Positions 16,298 through 25,263 of a stretch of 52,789 bases of DNA are shown here, one piece after another; the first letter of the stretch is position 1, and the number at the start of each line of letters is the position of its first letter. The translations under genes were made by a program, and so were the position numbers. Origin of the DNA: Candidatus Levyibacteriota bacterium (lineage in GTDB: Bacteria > Patescibacteriota > Microgenomatia > Levybacterales > UBA12049); the NCBI GenBank assembly GCA_027459725.1, contig DAIDHK010000008.1:1-52789 (forward strand). The letters run 5' to 3'. The notes under the pieces are model-generated. The model made no database searches and was not told the origin of the DNA. It worked only from the letters and a program-made list of their open reading frames with translations.

Positions 16298-16800
16298 AAA
16301 CAATTCTTTACATGGCTACTACCGTCAATGGGTATATTGCCAGACCAGACGACTCTACTCCCTGGTCTGATGAAGAATGGAATGCGTATGCTGAGATGGT
16401 AAAAAGAGTTGGGAATATCATCATTGGGCGTAAAACCTATGAGATTATGAAAGATGGGGAATTTGACAGAATTGGTAACCCCTTTGTTATTGTTATTACC
16501 CAGCAAAAAGAGAATGAAACTATTCCAAATGTAGTATTTGTCAAAACTCCCGAAGAAGCACTAAAAATTGCAGAAGAAAAAGAATATACAGAAACAATGG
16601 TGAATGGCGGTAGCACCATTATTGATTTATTTGCTCAAAAGAAGCTCTTTGATGAAATTTACCTTGACGTCGAGCCTTTCGTTTTTGGGAATGGTAAACC
16701 ACTTTTTCTTCCAAGTAATTTGGAGTTACAACTTTCTTTGGAAGAAATAAAAAAGATTGGTAATAATTCTTTTCAGGTACACTATAAAGTTTTGAAATAA
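16294..16800 (+). CDS. dihydrofolate reductase-like (RibD C-terminal domain) family protein
   Basis: ILYMATTVNGYIARPDD...IIGRKTYE...GGSTI. Overlaps the previous gene by 4 nt. Confidence 0.7.
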   Translation: MKTILYMATTVNGYIARPDDSTPWSDEEWNAYAEMVKRVGNIIIGRKTYEIMKDGEFDRIGNPFVIVITQQKENETIPNVVFVKTPEEALKIAEEKEYTETMVNGGSTIIDLFAQKKLFDEIYLDVEPFVFGNGKPLFLPSNLELQLSLEEIKKIGNNSFQVHYKVLK

Positions 16801-16803
16801 TCT

Positions 16804-17214
16804 ATGTCAAAAGACTCAAAGGTTTATATTGCTCAATCTCATATTCCAAAAGCAGGACGAGGTGTTTTTGCAGCAGTTAATATAAAGAAAGGTGAAGTAA
16901 TCGAACAATGCCCTGTTTTTATAATGCCACGAAAAGATTATAAAACACTCAAAACTACTGCATTACGAGACTATTATTTCATGTGGGGTAAAACAACTTG
17001 TGTAATCTGCTTTGGATATGGTTCTCTGTACAACCATTCATATCAAGCAAATGCTACCTACAAAAAGTATATCGAGGAACAAACAATCGATTTTATTGCG
17101 ATCAAAGATATCAAAAAGGATGAAGAAATAACAGTTAATTACAACTACGGTAATCCAGAAGACACAAGTACATTATGGATCAAAGAGATAAAACCAGCAT
17201 CTAAAAAATTATAA
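16804..17214 (+). CDS. SET-domain protein (putative protein-lysine methyltransferase)
   Basis: GRGVFAAVNIKKGEVI, SLYNHSYQANA (NH motif) and EEITVNYNY. Confidence 0.75.
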   Translation: MSKDSKVYIAQSHIPKAGRGVFAAVNIKKGEVIEQCPVFIMPRKDYKTLKTTALRDYYFMWGKTTCVICFGYGSLYNHSYQANATYKKYIEEQTIDFIAIKDIKKDEEITVNYNYGNPEDTSTLWIKEIKPASKKL

Positions 17215-18087
17215 CAACGCCCCTTTTAGTAAACGAAACTCTTTTTTTGTATCCCAAATACTCTGTAATTTCTCAAAATTCTCATCTGGATTTTTCATAA
17301 ATCTTGCTAATTCATCAATTTCTTTTAGCTTATCTTCTGAGTTTTTTGGGAAATTTTGGAGCATTGCTAATTCTGGATGATGCAAATAGAGAATTTCACT
17401 ATTCATCAAGCAATGAAAGTCGTAAAATAATTGCCAAGCAATTGTTATTAGTCCTTTGAAACCACCAGCATTATTGAAATAGTCACCATTTCCTCCTTCT
17501 CTTACTGCAAGCCAAGCATCAGCAGACCAATCAAATAAACCTTCTGGAATATCATACATATTAAATCCAGTACGATGTAAACTGCCATCAACGTCCATTG
17601 TTATCCATCTTTGTTCTGTTTTATTCCAGTACTGTGTGATCCAATGATCCCATGCAACTTTTTGCCCTTCAAAGTATCCTGCAAAACCTGCTCGAACTCT
17701 TGCTGGAATTTTCTTAGCCTTGAGTATTGATGCCATGAGAATGGAAACATATCTGCATGTCAGGACAAGTTTATCCTCGACTTTTCTTTCCATTGTTAGT
17801 CCCTTTTGATCCCTATGGAAAAATTCAGCTAACATTGCAGCAGTTGTAGCCAGATTATCGTCCTCTGCCTGTCTGTACCAAGGAACTTTGGTCATATCGC
17901 CATATTTCAAATCTGCATTTGTTCCTATATTGCCAGCATCAAGAGTGGTACGGTGAATGAAGTTTTTACGAAGCAATAATCCTAGTTCTTGTACGTTGTC
18001 GGGCAGGGTTTTCAGATAGTCTTCATACAAACCTGGGTAAGTAAATAATCCAAATTCGAGGTAATGTGCTAAGACTTTGTCTTCCAT
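17209..18087 (-). CDS. transglutaminase-like cysteine protease superfamily protein
   Basis: A candidate Cys (LTCRYVSILMASILKAKKIPARVR), followed by DHW and a downstream Asp, as in transglutaminase-core domains. Confidence 0.6.
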   Translation of the reverse strand: MEDKVLAHYLEFGLFTYPGLYEDYLKTLPDNVQELGLLLRKNFIHRTTLDAGNIGTNADLKYGDMTKVPWYRQAEDDNLATTAAMLAEFFHRDQKGLTMERKVEDKLVLTCRYVSILMASILKAKKIPARVRAGFAGYFEGQKVAWDHWITQYWNKTEQRWITMDVDGSLHRTGFNMYDIPEGLFDWSADAWLAVREGGNGDYFNNAGGFKGLITIAWQLFYDFHCLMNSEILYLHHPELAMLQNFPKNSEDKLKEIDELARFMKNPDENFEKLQSIWDTKKEFRLLKGALL

Positions 18088-18309
18088 CAGACAAGAATAG
18101 CATTTATATTTTTTTTAATCCATAGCTAAATTTATTGCAAAAGGATACTGCTTGAAAATTACTCCCCACTGCTTGATAGCATCAATGAATTCATCTATAA
18201 TTTGGTTTGAAAGAACGAAACGGTAGTGCACTAGAGAGTAAACTGTTGCAAAATTTCATATTTAGCCTCGATAAGGTTCAATGTAAAAATCTAATACTAT
18301 TTATCTTGC

Positions 18310-19098
18310 TCATTTTATTTTTTTGACGTCAAAAAACTCAAAGTAAGTCAATATACTCATTGCAGCTATTACTATGAAAAAGAAGAATTCTTCAAACGGA
18401 AGTCTAACGCCAAATAATTGAACCCATCCAATATAATCTGTACCTGGGAATGACCATTGATTCAATTTTAGGGCTGTAATTTCGTATAGTAATGAGTGTG
18501 CAAAAAAATAAGATGACGTAATGAAGAAGCCTGAGATAAGTTGTCGATAATACGACAACATTGCCAATACTGGTAAAAAGATAAAAATCATACCTAGCCA
18601 AAAGTAATAGAAATGTATAACTAATAATGTTGGTATAAGCAAATATAACAGAAGAAATAGTATAAAAAGAACTATCACGAGTAACATCCCGTATTTTATT
18701 TTTCCTTCTAAAATCGTATGCTTCGCCTTATCTACAAAATGTTCGTAAAATATGACAATGGTATAAGAGAATAAAAAGATCCACATAATATCTTCAATAG
18801 CTACTTTGCCATATATCCTCAATGGAAAGATTGTTGGTACGTACCAAGCATTATCTATATATGCTGGATAGTCAAAAATAAATGCAAAAGCAAATGAGAG
18901 TAACGATGCAAAGATAGTTGTCTTTAGTATTGCTTTTCTTGTTCGGTAAGAGAAGTACAAAAGTAATGGTAGATAAAAAAGGATCAGTGACAGAAAGGTA
19001 TTTGCATGGAGAGCAAATGATATGAGCATAGCCAACAGTGGAAGTGATAGCAAACAGATTATATCTATCCCTTTCCATATTTTGTGTGTTTTATGCAT
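18310..19098 (-). CDS. polytopic membrane protein with lycopene-cyclase-domain-like repeats
   Basis: About 7 TM segments. AIEDIMW and LPFEEFFFF resemble the PxE(E/D) motifs of CrtYc/d-type cyclase domains. Confidence 0.5.
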   Translation of the reverse strand: MHKTHKIWKGIDIICLLSLPLLAMLISFALHANTFLSLILFYLPLLLYFSYRTRKAILKTTIFASLLSFAFAFIFDYPAYIDNAWYVPTIFPLRIYGKVAIEDIMWIFLFSYTIVIFYEHFVDKAKHTILEGKIKYGMLLVIVLFILFLLLYLLIPTLLVIHFYYFWLGMIFIFLPVLAMLSYYRQLISGFFITSSYFFAHSLLYEITALKLNQWSFPGTDYIGWVQLFGVRLPFEEFFFFIVIAAMSILTYFEFFDVKKIK

Positions 19099-19195
19099 AC
19101 TAATATAGTAACAAAAAATATCTATTTAGTATTGACTCACTTCGTCAAAAGATTTATATGATCGCATGAACTTGATAGAATGGTCAATAAATTGC

Positions 19196-19229
19196 TGGAG
19201 CGGTTCAAAATAAATACTCTCATCCGCAC
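19196..19229. repeat. putative attR of island 1: T-arm-like sequence plus 13-bp core repeat
   Basis: TGGAGCGGTTCAAAATAAATACTCTCATCCGCAC, compared with the tRNA 3' end TGGAGGTTCAAGTCCTCTCATCCGCAC. Confidence 0.55.
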
Positions 19230-19261
19230 CCAGCCTAAAATCATCAAACGTATTTTATTTT

Positions 19262-19293
19262 CCGTGGCTGAATAAGGTTCGAGTCCTCTCATG
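19262..19293 (+). pseudogene. orphan tRNA 3'-half fragment (variable-arm/T-arm-like)
   Basis: CCGTGGCTGAATAAGGTTCGAGTCCTCTCAT resembles the tRNA-Leu variable arm and T-arm, but has no 5' half or acceptor. Confidence 0.5.
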
Positions 19294-19442
19294 ACCTAAA
19301 TTGTAATTGGAGGTTTATGTAACGGAAATTAGTAAACTTGGTTATGTGTACCAATATCAATAAGATAAAGTGTTTCTTCGTGCTTATAATATATCACTCT
19401 AATATCACCACATACTTAAAAATATCTTTTATAACCAACGCA

Positions 19443-19841
19443 ATGTGTGGATTGAGTTTTAGAGATTTAATACCAGATGTTTATTTTGCTGATTTTCTCA
19501 GAGGACATTTAGATGGCGATGGTTATAAGACCACATATTGGGATAAAAGATGGAAAAATAGTTATATGCTTTATATAGGTTTTGTATCTGCTAGTAAGAT
19601 TCATTTAGAATGGATTAAAGGAAAAATAAGTGCACTATTTCAAGTTGAAGGTAAAATTAAATATGCAGGTAAGTCGGTATATCAATTAGTCTACGCTAAA
19701 TATGCCTCCATTAAGCTATTACAAATACTCTACTATTCAAGTGGTAATGTATGTCTGTCGCGTAAAAGGTTTAAAATTGAGTGCAGTTTCGCTATAATAT
19801 CCTTGAGCCGGGATGCTGAAATGGTAGACAGGCATGCTTGA
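19443..19841 (+). pseudogene. LAGLIDADG homing-endonuclease remnant (single-motif, truncated)
   Basis: FADFLRGHLDGDGY matches a LAGLIDADG motif. Only ~130 aa from the internal Met, and the ORF tail runs into tRNA-Leu(GAG). Confidence 0.5.
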
Positions 19842-21409
19842 GGTGCATGTGCCAGCAATGGTGTGGAGGTTCGAGTCCTCTTCCCGGCACTAGAGGGGAC
19901 TGTTTGTCCCGAATAGTACTGAATAGCTTGATATATCGGGCTAATTGAATGGTTCAATGTGCCATTATAGTCCCAAGCCAATCCTTCAGGGAACATTGAA
20001 CCTAAGAGCACTTTAGCCTGGGTTAGATTAGATCTTTTGTATGCTTCCCACAAGTCGGCAAGAATAGTTTTCATAAAAGAAGTTACTTCATCTATATTGT
20101 ATTTATCGAAAGTTGTGTCATCTTTTGCTATCTGTGCCTTTGTCATTTCACTTTCAATCATGGTATTCTGCTCCTTAAATATTTCATCAGAATAGATTCC
20201 AGCAAGGTTTTTCTGTACAAGCTGTTTTCTTATGGCTTGAAGTCTAGCAATTTCATCGTCTGCGCTATTTTTAATGTTTAATAACCTCGATTGTCTAGCA
20301 TAATAGGCTTCATATAGAGCGTTCATAAACAGTTTGAGACATTCTTCCTTAGGCGTGGTTTCTTTTAGTACACGTTTTAGTGCATCTTCGAGATCAATTA
20401 CCTTGATGGATTTACTATTGCATGGAGCACCACAGCGATAGTAAGCATATTTGCCACCATGGCCTTTAGTCATTCCCCCAGTTAGTCCTTTGCCACATTT
20501 TGCGCATTTTATAACTCTTCGCAGAGGCAAGATTGGATTATCATGATTTCTGTGAGCTAAGGCGACTTGATTAACATTTCTTCCATCTAAGATCGCTTGG
20601 ACTTTATAATATTGTTGCTCCGTAATCATGGGAACAAGTTGTCCCCTAACTTCCTGCTTATAGGTTTTCGAAGAAAGTATTCCCATATAGAATTTATTTC
20701 TAAAGAGTTTGTTCACTCTCTGAAGGCATAGAGTATATTCTTTTGTGCCTTGCCTTGCCCTTAATCCCCACTCATTCATAATATCTGCCATTTCACGAAG
20801 GCTTTTTGTTCCCGTTGCCATTAAGTCCCATGCTTCTTTCATTTTGTTCCATGTTTTGGGATCTTTAACTGCATACCCTGCTTCTACTTTGTACCCAAGA
20901 GGTGCTTGTCCTGTAACGATCATTCCTGCCATAAACCTGGCTTTTAGACCGTTTCTGGCTCTCTCGCTGCGAATATCATTATCAAGCTGAGCAAATCCAG
21001 CAAGTATTGTTTCAACAAGCTTTTCTGTAGGCGAATCCCCTGTAGGTTCTGTAGCGGATATTATATTAACGCCATTTTCAACCAACTTTTTTCGTATAGC
21101 TAAATAGTCAGCGGTTATCCTTGAAATTCTATCAAGCCTGTATACAAATACTGCTTGAAATTTATTTTTGTTCTTTCGGGAATACTCCAAAAGATTAATA
21201 AGTACTGGCCTTCCGGTAATAGTTTTAGCGGATCGTCCCTCTTCTCGGAAAACTTCAATTACCTCAAATCCTTTCTTTTCAGCTTCCCTCCTACAAATTT
21301 CTTCCTGAGTGTCGAGTGAAAAATTATCAACCTGCTCTTCTGTAGAGACACGAAGGTATAAAACTGCTTTTTGACCATCATCATATATAGTTGGTTTTTG
21401 TAGTTTCAT
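19733..21409 (-). CDS. large serine recombinase (paralog of 8408..10009)
   Basis: AVLYLRVSTEEQ (catalytic Ser), VYRLDRISR and the Cys cluster CAKCGK...YYRCGAPC. The C-terminal ~50 codons are antisense to tRNA-Leu(GAG) and its upstream flank. Confidence 0.85.
   Translation of the reverse strand: MKLQKPTIYDDGQKAVLYLRVSTEEQVDNFSLDTQEEICRREAEKKGFEVIEVFREEGRSAKTITGRPVLINLLEYSRKNKNKFQAVFVYRLDRISRITADYLAIRKKLVENGVNIISATEPTGDSPTEKLVETILAGFAQLDNDIRSERARNGLKARFMAGMIVTGQAPLGYKVEAGYAVKDPKTWNKMKEAWDLMATGTKSLREMADIMNEWGLRARQGTKEYTLCLQRVNKLFRNKFYMGILSSKTYKQEVRGQLVPMITEQQYYKVQAILDGRNVNQVALAHRNHDNPILPLRRVIKCAKCGKGLTGGMTKGHGGKYAYYRCGAPCNSKSIKVIDLEDALKRVLKETTPKEECLKLFMNALYEAYYARQSRLLNIKNSADDEIARLQAIRKQLVQKNLAGIYSDEIFKEQNTMIESEMTKAQIAKDDTTFDKYNIDEVTSFMKTILADLWEAYKRSNLTQAKVLLGSMFPEGLAWDYNGTLNHSISPIYQAIQYYSGQTVPSSAGKRTRTSTPLLAHAPQACLSTISASRLKDIIAKLHSILNLLRDRHTLPLE
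19807..19889 (+). tRNA. tRNA-Leu (anticodon GAG), type II
   Basis: Hand-folded: GCCGGGA acceptor, anticodon stem CATGC/GCATG, loop TTGAGGT, long variable arm, T-arm GGAGG-TTCGAGT-CCTCT. Confidence 0.9.
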
Positions 21410-21780
21410 GCTCCTCCCTTCTCATGAAGTAATTCTTGAAGCGTTAAGCCATCAAATATGCCTCGTTCAAAATCATCAAGCCAGCTAGTGGCTAAAAATT
21501 GAATTTCTGTAACGGCATCTCGTAATTGTTCAGAAGTAAATTCGTTAGCAATGTTTCCTAAAATTTCCTTTGCTTTCTTTAGTTGTTTTTCTTCATAAGC
21601 CTGTTCAGGAAATAAATCATCAAGAGATTTCTTAATGTTTTCTGGTGGCTTAAAGCTATTAGATGGAGCATTTAATACTTCTGTTAAAGGTTGGATTAAC
21701 TTTTCTTCCGTAGTTTTATCAGAATCAGTATTTGTAGTAGTTAAAGGTAGTGAAAATAGAGGTAATTCTGTCATATCCAT
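21406..21780 (-). CDS. hypothetical acidic protein, translationally coupled to the recombinase (candidate directionality or accessory factor)
   Basis: 124-aa ORF with a 4-nt overlap with the recombinase start. No family recognised. Confidence 0.5.
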   Translation of the reverse strand: MDMTELPLFSLPLTTTNTDSDKTTEEKLIQPLTEVLNAPSNSFKPPENIKKSLDDLFPEQAYEEKQLKKAKEILGNIANEFTSEQLRDAVTEIQFLATSWLDDFERGIFDGLTLQELLHEKGGA

Positions 21781-21813
21781 ATTAGTAAAAATTCATAAAA
21801 TCAAGGCTAATTA

Positions 21814-21831
21814 CTATCTATATATAGATAG
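21814..21831. promoter_or_regulatory. perfect 18-bp palindrome CTATCTATATATAGATAG plus an extra half-site ATATAGATAG (21843-21852)
   Basis: Located in the divergent intergenic region between the recombinase operon and the coupling-protein gene. Confidence 0.55.
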
Positions 21832-21884
21832 TTTATATCGAAATATAGATAGTGTCAAGAGCTAATTATCATTTCTGAGATAGT

Positions 21885-24575
21885 GTGATATACTCATTGC
21901 GTTCCTGCCCTAATAATATGGATGTTCAGAAGTATAGGGCAGATTATTTGATAGGAAATCTCTTCCACAACTTTTCTTTTACAACAGTACTATTTTCTCT
22001 TTCTCCTCTGTTTTCTCATGTGCTGGCTATTTTTATTGCTTTAGCTGCTATCACCATCATTATTGTCATTTTACGAGTTGTTGTTTCCTCTATTCTTTAT
22101 CTTCTTGAGAAGTCAGTGTTTTTGGAGATAACTCCACCTGCCTTTACACAAAAGACAGCATACACAACACAGCAGTTATTCTCAGTTCTTCATACAATTG
22201 GTAGTCAGAGAACTGTCTTTGAACGATTAGTTGGGAAAAAGGTTATATTCTCCTTTGAAATTGTTTCCACAAGAGAAGAAGGTATCCGATATATAGTCAG
22301 AACAACGTTAGATCAGGTACAGACGATAGAGCAAATATTGTTATCCTACCTTCCTCAGGTAAAAGTAAAACAAATTGACGAATATTTGCCCTCTCAAATA
22401 AAGGAAAAGTCTAAAGTCATTGAATTTCGGTTAGCAAGACATTACGCATATCCTCTGGCAAAACAAGATTTACTTAACGAGCATGATCCAGTGGCATATA
22501 TAACAGGTATGATGACAAAACTAAAACCAGGTGAACTGATTGCGCTACAAATTGTTGTTTCTCCCGTCAAGCCAAAGGAAGTAGCCATGATTTCTCAAAA
22601 AATATTACACAATGAACATGTCCTTCGTTTTCTGGATAGCCCGCGTTTTCCTTGGTATACACAACCAATTATTATGATTTTTAGTCTTTTTGGTAAAGTT
22701 TTCCAATTTGTTGGGTGGATTATTAATGACTTTTCTTTAACCAGAGAGGATCGTTTAGCACAACGGCAGATGACATATTTTAACCAAATGACCGCAAGTC
22801 ATATAAAACCTGCAAGAACGTTAAGTACATTCGAACAAGAAGCTGTAACTGCAATACAAGCAAAAATAGCACAACCGCTATTTGAAACAACTATTCGTGT
22901 ACTAATTTTGGTTAAGAATAAAAGCGAACAAGCTGAAAGAGTACGAGGAATAACAGCGTCTTTTTCTCCATTTACCGTACCAGGTTATCAGTCGCTACGG
23001 AAACTTATCAATATTTCGTTTCTAAAGACTCTGAGAGAGTTTCCTTTTCAGAGACGACAGTTATCTTTTCTATCAAATAGAACTGATTCTCTTCTTTCTT
23101 CTTCTGAACTCGCAGACTTATATCATTTTCCCTTTATGCAGGTAACTCAGACAGAAAATATTGTGAAAGTATATAGTAAAGAATTGCCTGCTCCTCTTTC
23201 ACTAAAAAAGGATACAAAAAACTTGGATATTATTTTTGCCAAAAACACCTATGGAGAGCAAGACACAATGATTGGATTGACTCAAGAAGAACGAAGACGA
23301 CATATGTATATCATTGGAGCAACTGGAACTGGAAAATCAACTCTGATTCTTTCAATGGTAAATCAAGATTTACAGCATGGAAAAGGTATTGGAGTTATTG
23401 ATCCTCATGGAGAATTAGCAGAAACAATTTTAAATTTAATTCCAGAAGATAGAAAAGATGATCTTGTCTATGTGAATCCTGATGATTTGCAATATCCAGT
23501 GGGTATTAATCTTATGGAATTAACGCCTGGTCTTTCAGAAGAAGATAGTCTTCGGGAAAAAGAATTTATTGCAGAAAGTGTTATTTCTCTTTTTAGAAAA
23601 GTCTTTGCCAGTGATATGAAAGGAAATCCGCATAGAATTGAATATATCCTTCGTAACACAATACATACTGCCTTTACTGTAGAAAATCCTACCCTTTTTA
23701 CCATATTTGATCTTTTGAATAATCCGGTGTTTCAGAAAAAGGTTGTCGCAAAGTTACGGGATGAAAACTTAAAGAATTTCTGGAAATATGAATTCGGAAA
23801 AGCTGGAGATTATCAGAAAGTAAAAATGGTCTCACCTGTCACTGCAAGAATTGGACGATTCCTTTTCTCGCCAAGCGCTAAAAGAATTCTTGAGCAAACA
23901 AAATCAACGATTAATTTTGACGAAATCTTAAATGGGAAAATTCTTCTATGCAATCTGGCGAAAGGAAAGCTAGGAGAAGACACCTCTCAAGTATTGGGAA
24001 TTATGATCTTAAACAAGCTCCAATTGGCTGCATTAAAACGCGCGAGAATAGAAGCTTCTGAAAGAAAAGATTTTTATCTATATGTAGATGAATTTCAACA
24101 CTTTGCTACAAGAAGCTTTGTAGAAATGCTTTCAGAGTCCAGAAAATATAAATTAAATCTGACCATTGCAGAACAATCAACCTCTCAACAAGACGATAGA
24201 GATTTAGTAAATATAATTCTGGCTAATGTGGGAACTGTTGCATGTTTTAAAACCGCAAACCCACAAGATGAAAAACTAATGCTTCCTCAATTTGAGCCGT
24301 ACGTTGTTCAAGGAGAAATTTATAACCTTCCTGCGTTTCATTTCTATATGAAAATTTCTGCACTTAATCCTGAAGAACCATTTTCAGGAGAAACAATGCT
24401 TATAAATGGAGAAAAAGACAAAGATAAGATTCAAAAATTTATTGAAGCCTCTCGTACTAACTATGCACACAAATATGAAACAAAAGCTCAAGTAGTTGAT
24501 GATGAAAAAACAAACGAAGAAGAAAATACTCCTATACCTTCTGTCCCAAAAGGGAAATTTCCTAAAAGAAAATAA
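21885..24575 (+). CDS. type IV coupling protein-like ATPase (VirD4/TraD/TcpA-like, FtsK/HerA superfamily) with N-terminal TM region
   Basis: Walker A GATGTGKST and Walker B-like LYVDEFQHF. N-terminal hydrophobic segments. The ORF starts at GTG 21885; an alternative ATG is at 21918. Confidence 0.7.
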   Translation: MIYSLRSCPNNMDVQKYRADYLIGNLFHNFSFTTVLFSLSPLFSHVLAIFIALAAITIIIVILRVVVSSILYLLEKSVFLEITPPAFTQKTAYTTQQLFSVLHTIGSQRTVFERLVGKKVIFSFEIVSTREEGIRYIVRTTLDQVQTIEQILLSYLPQVKVKQIDEYLPSQIKEKSKVIEFRLARHYAYPLAKQDLLNEHDPVAYITGMMTKLKPGELIALQIVVSPVKPKEVAMISQKILHNEHVLRFLDSPRFPWYTQPIIMIFSLFGKVFQFVGWIINDFSLTREDRLAQRQMTYFNQMTASHIKPARTLSTFEQEAVTAIQAKIAQPLFETTIRVLILVKNKSEQAERVRGITASFSPFTVPGYQSLRKLINISFLKTLREFPFQRRQLSFLSNRTDSLLSSSELADLYHFPFMQVTQTENIVKVYSKELPAPLSLKKDTKNLDIIFAKNTYGEQDTMIGLTQEERRRHMYIIGATGTGKSTLILSMVNQDLQHGKGIGVIDPHGELAETILNLIPEDRKDDLVYVNPDDLQYPVGINLMELTPGLSEEDSLREKEFIAESVISLFRKVFASDMKGNPHRIEYILRNTIHTAFTVENPTLFTIFDLLNNPVFQKKVVAKLRDENLKNFWKYEFGKAGDYQKVKMVSPVTARIGRFLFSPSAKRILEQTKSTINFDEILNGKILLCNLAKGKLGEDTSQVLGIMILNKLQLAALKRARIEASERKDFYLYVDEFQHFATRSFVEMLSESRKYKLNLTIAEQSTSQQDDRDLVNIILANVGTVACFKTANPQDEKLMLPQFEPYVVQGEIYNLPAFHFYMKISALNPEEPFSGETMLINGEKDKDKIQKFIEASRTNYAHKYETKAQVVDDEKTNEEENTPIPSVPKGKFPKRK

Positions 24576-24589
24576 AGTAAGAATTGTTC

Positions 24590-25018
24590 TTAATTTTGCA
24601 TTATTAAAAGAAACTCCTCGGGTTTTACAATAACGACATTTTTAAAAGTATGAAGATCGAGTAAGTCCTTATCTCCAGTCACAACATAATTACATTCTGC
24701 CTCTATTGCTGCTTCTAAAACCCTATTGTCATCTTCATCACGTACAGCATGTAGCGTTTGGGATGGGTGGACAATAACAAAATTTTCTTTAATGACCTCT
24801 TCGACTAAGGTAATTTTATCGGAAGTGAACTTAAATTTTTTCGTCAATATATCCAATAATTCACCAATGAGCATTGGGGTTGTAAAAGCAGTAAGTTTAT
24901 TTTCTTGGATTAACTTAATAATTGTTCTTGGTTTTCCACCAAAAAGTAACGAGGAAATAAAAACATTAGTATCTACAACGATTTTATACGGATTTTTTTC
25001 CATGTCGAGAAGAAGCAA
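24590..25018 (-). CDS. PIN-domain toxin (VapC-like)
   Basis: KIVVDTNVFISSLLFGG...VVTGDKDLL. Overlaps the upstream RHH gene. Confidence 0.75.
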   Translation of the reverse strand: MLLLDMEKNPYKIVVDTNVFISSLLFGGKPRTIIKLIQENKLTAFTTPMLIGELLDILTKKFKFTSDKITLVEEVIKENFVIVHPSQTLHAVRDEDDNRVLEAAIEAECNYVVTGDKDLLDLHTFKNVVIVKPEEFLLIMQN

Positions 25019-25235
25019 CTATGTCGTTAACTTCTTTCTCTGTAGTTATGCTAAGACGTTTCGCAACCGACTTACCATACGTAAATAATTCTTCCCATTT
25101 CTCATTATTTTTAATGTAACTTCTTAACGCTTCTCGAATTAAATCGCTTCGGTTACGAAATTCTTTTTTAGCTAACTCATCAACTTTTTTAACTAAATCC
25201 TCTGGGAGAGCAATATTAAGTGTTTGTGTATTCAT
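24984..25235 (-). CDS. ribbon-helix-helix (CopG-family) antitoxin
   Basis: LNIALPEDLVKKVDELAKKEFRNRSDLIREALRSYI. ATG at 25235 is preferred over TTG at 25241. Confidence 0.75.
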   Translation of the reverse strand: MNTQTLNIALPEDLVKKVDELAKKEFRNRSDLIREALRSYIKNNEKWEELFTYGKSVAKRLSITTEKEVNDIVASSRHGKKSV

Positions 25236-25263
25236 ATACAAAGATTGTATATAAGTTGTATAT
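25236..25263. promoter_or_regulatory. candidate RHH operator: ATACAA-aga-TTGTAT inverted repeat plus TTGTATAT direct repeat
   Basis: The sequence ATACAAAGATTGTATATAAGTTGTATAT lies immediately upstream of the antitoxin ATG. Confidence 0.45.

Larger units (their letters stand above)
8506..19229. mobile_element. genomic island 1 (~10.7 kb) integrated at the 3' end of tRNA-Leu(CAG); serine-recombinase type
   Basis: 13-bp direct repeat CTCTCATCCGCAC at 8506-8518 (inside the tRNA) and 19217-19229. The recombinase gene abuts the tRNA end, and the cargo is accessory-type. Confidence 0.6.

Noticed and set aside
8523-19229. Island 1 considered as a prophage, because of the small-terminase-like HTH protein at 12867..13370
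   Set aside because: No large terminase, portal, capsid, tail or lysis genes are present. The HTH motif alone is common in non-phage mobile elements.
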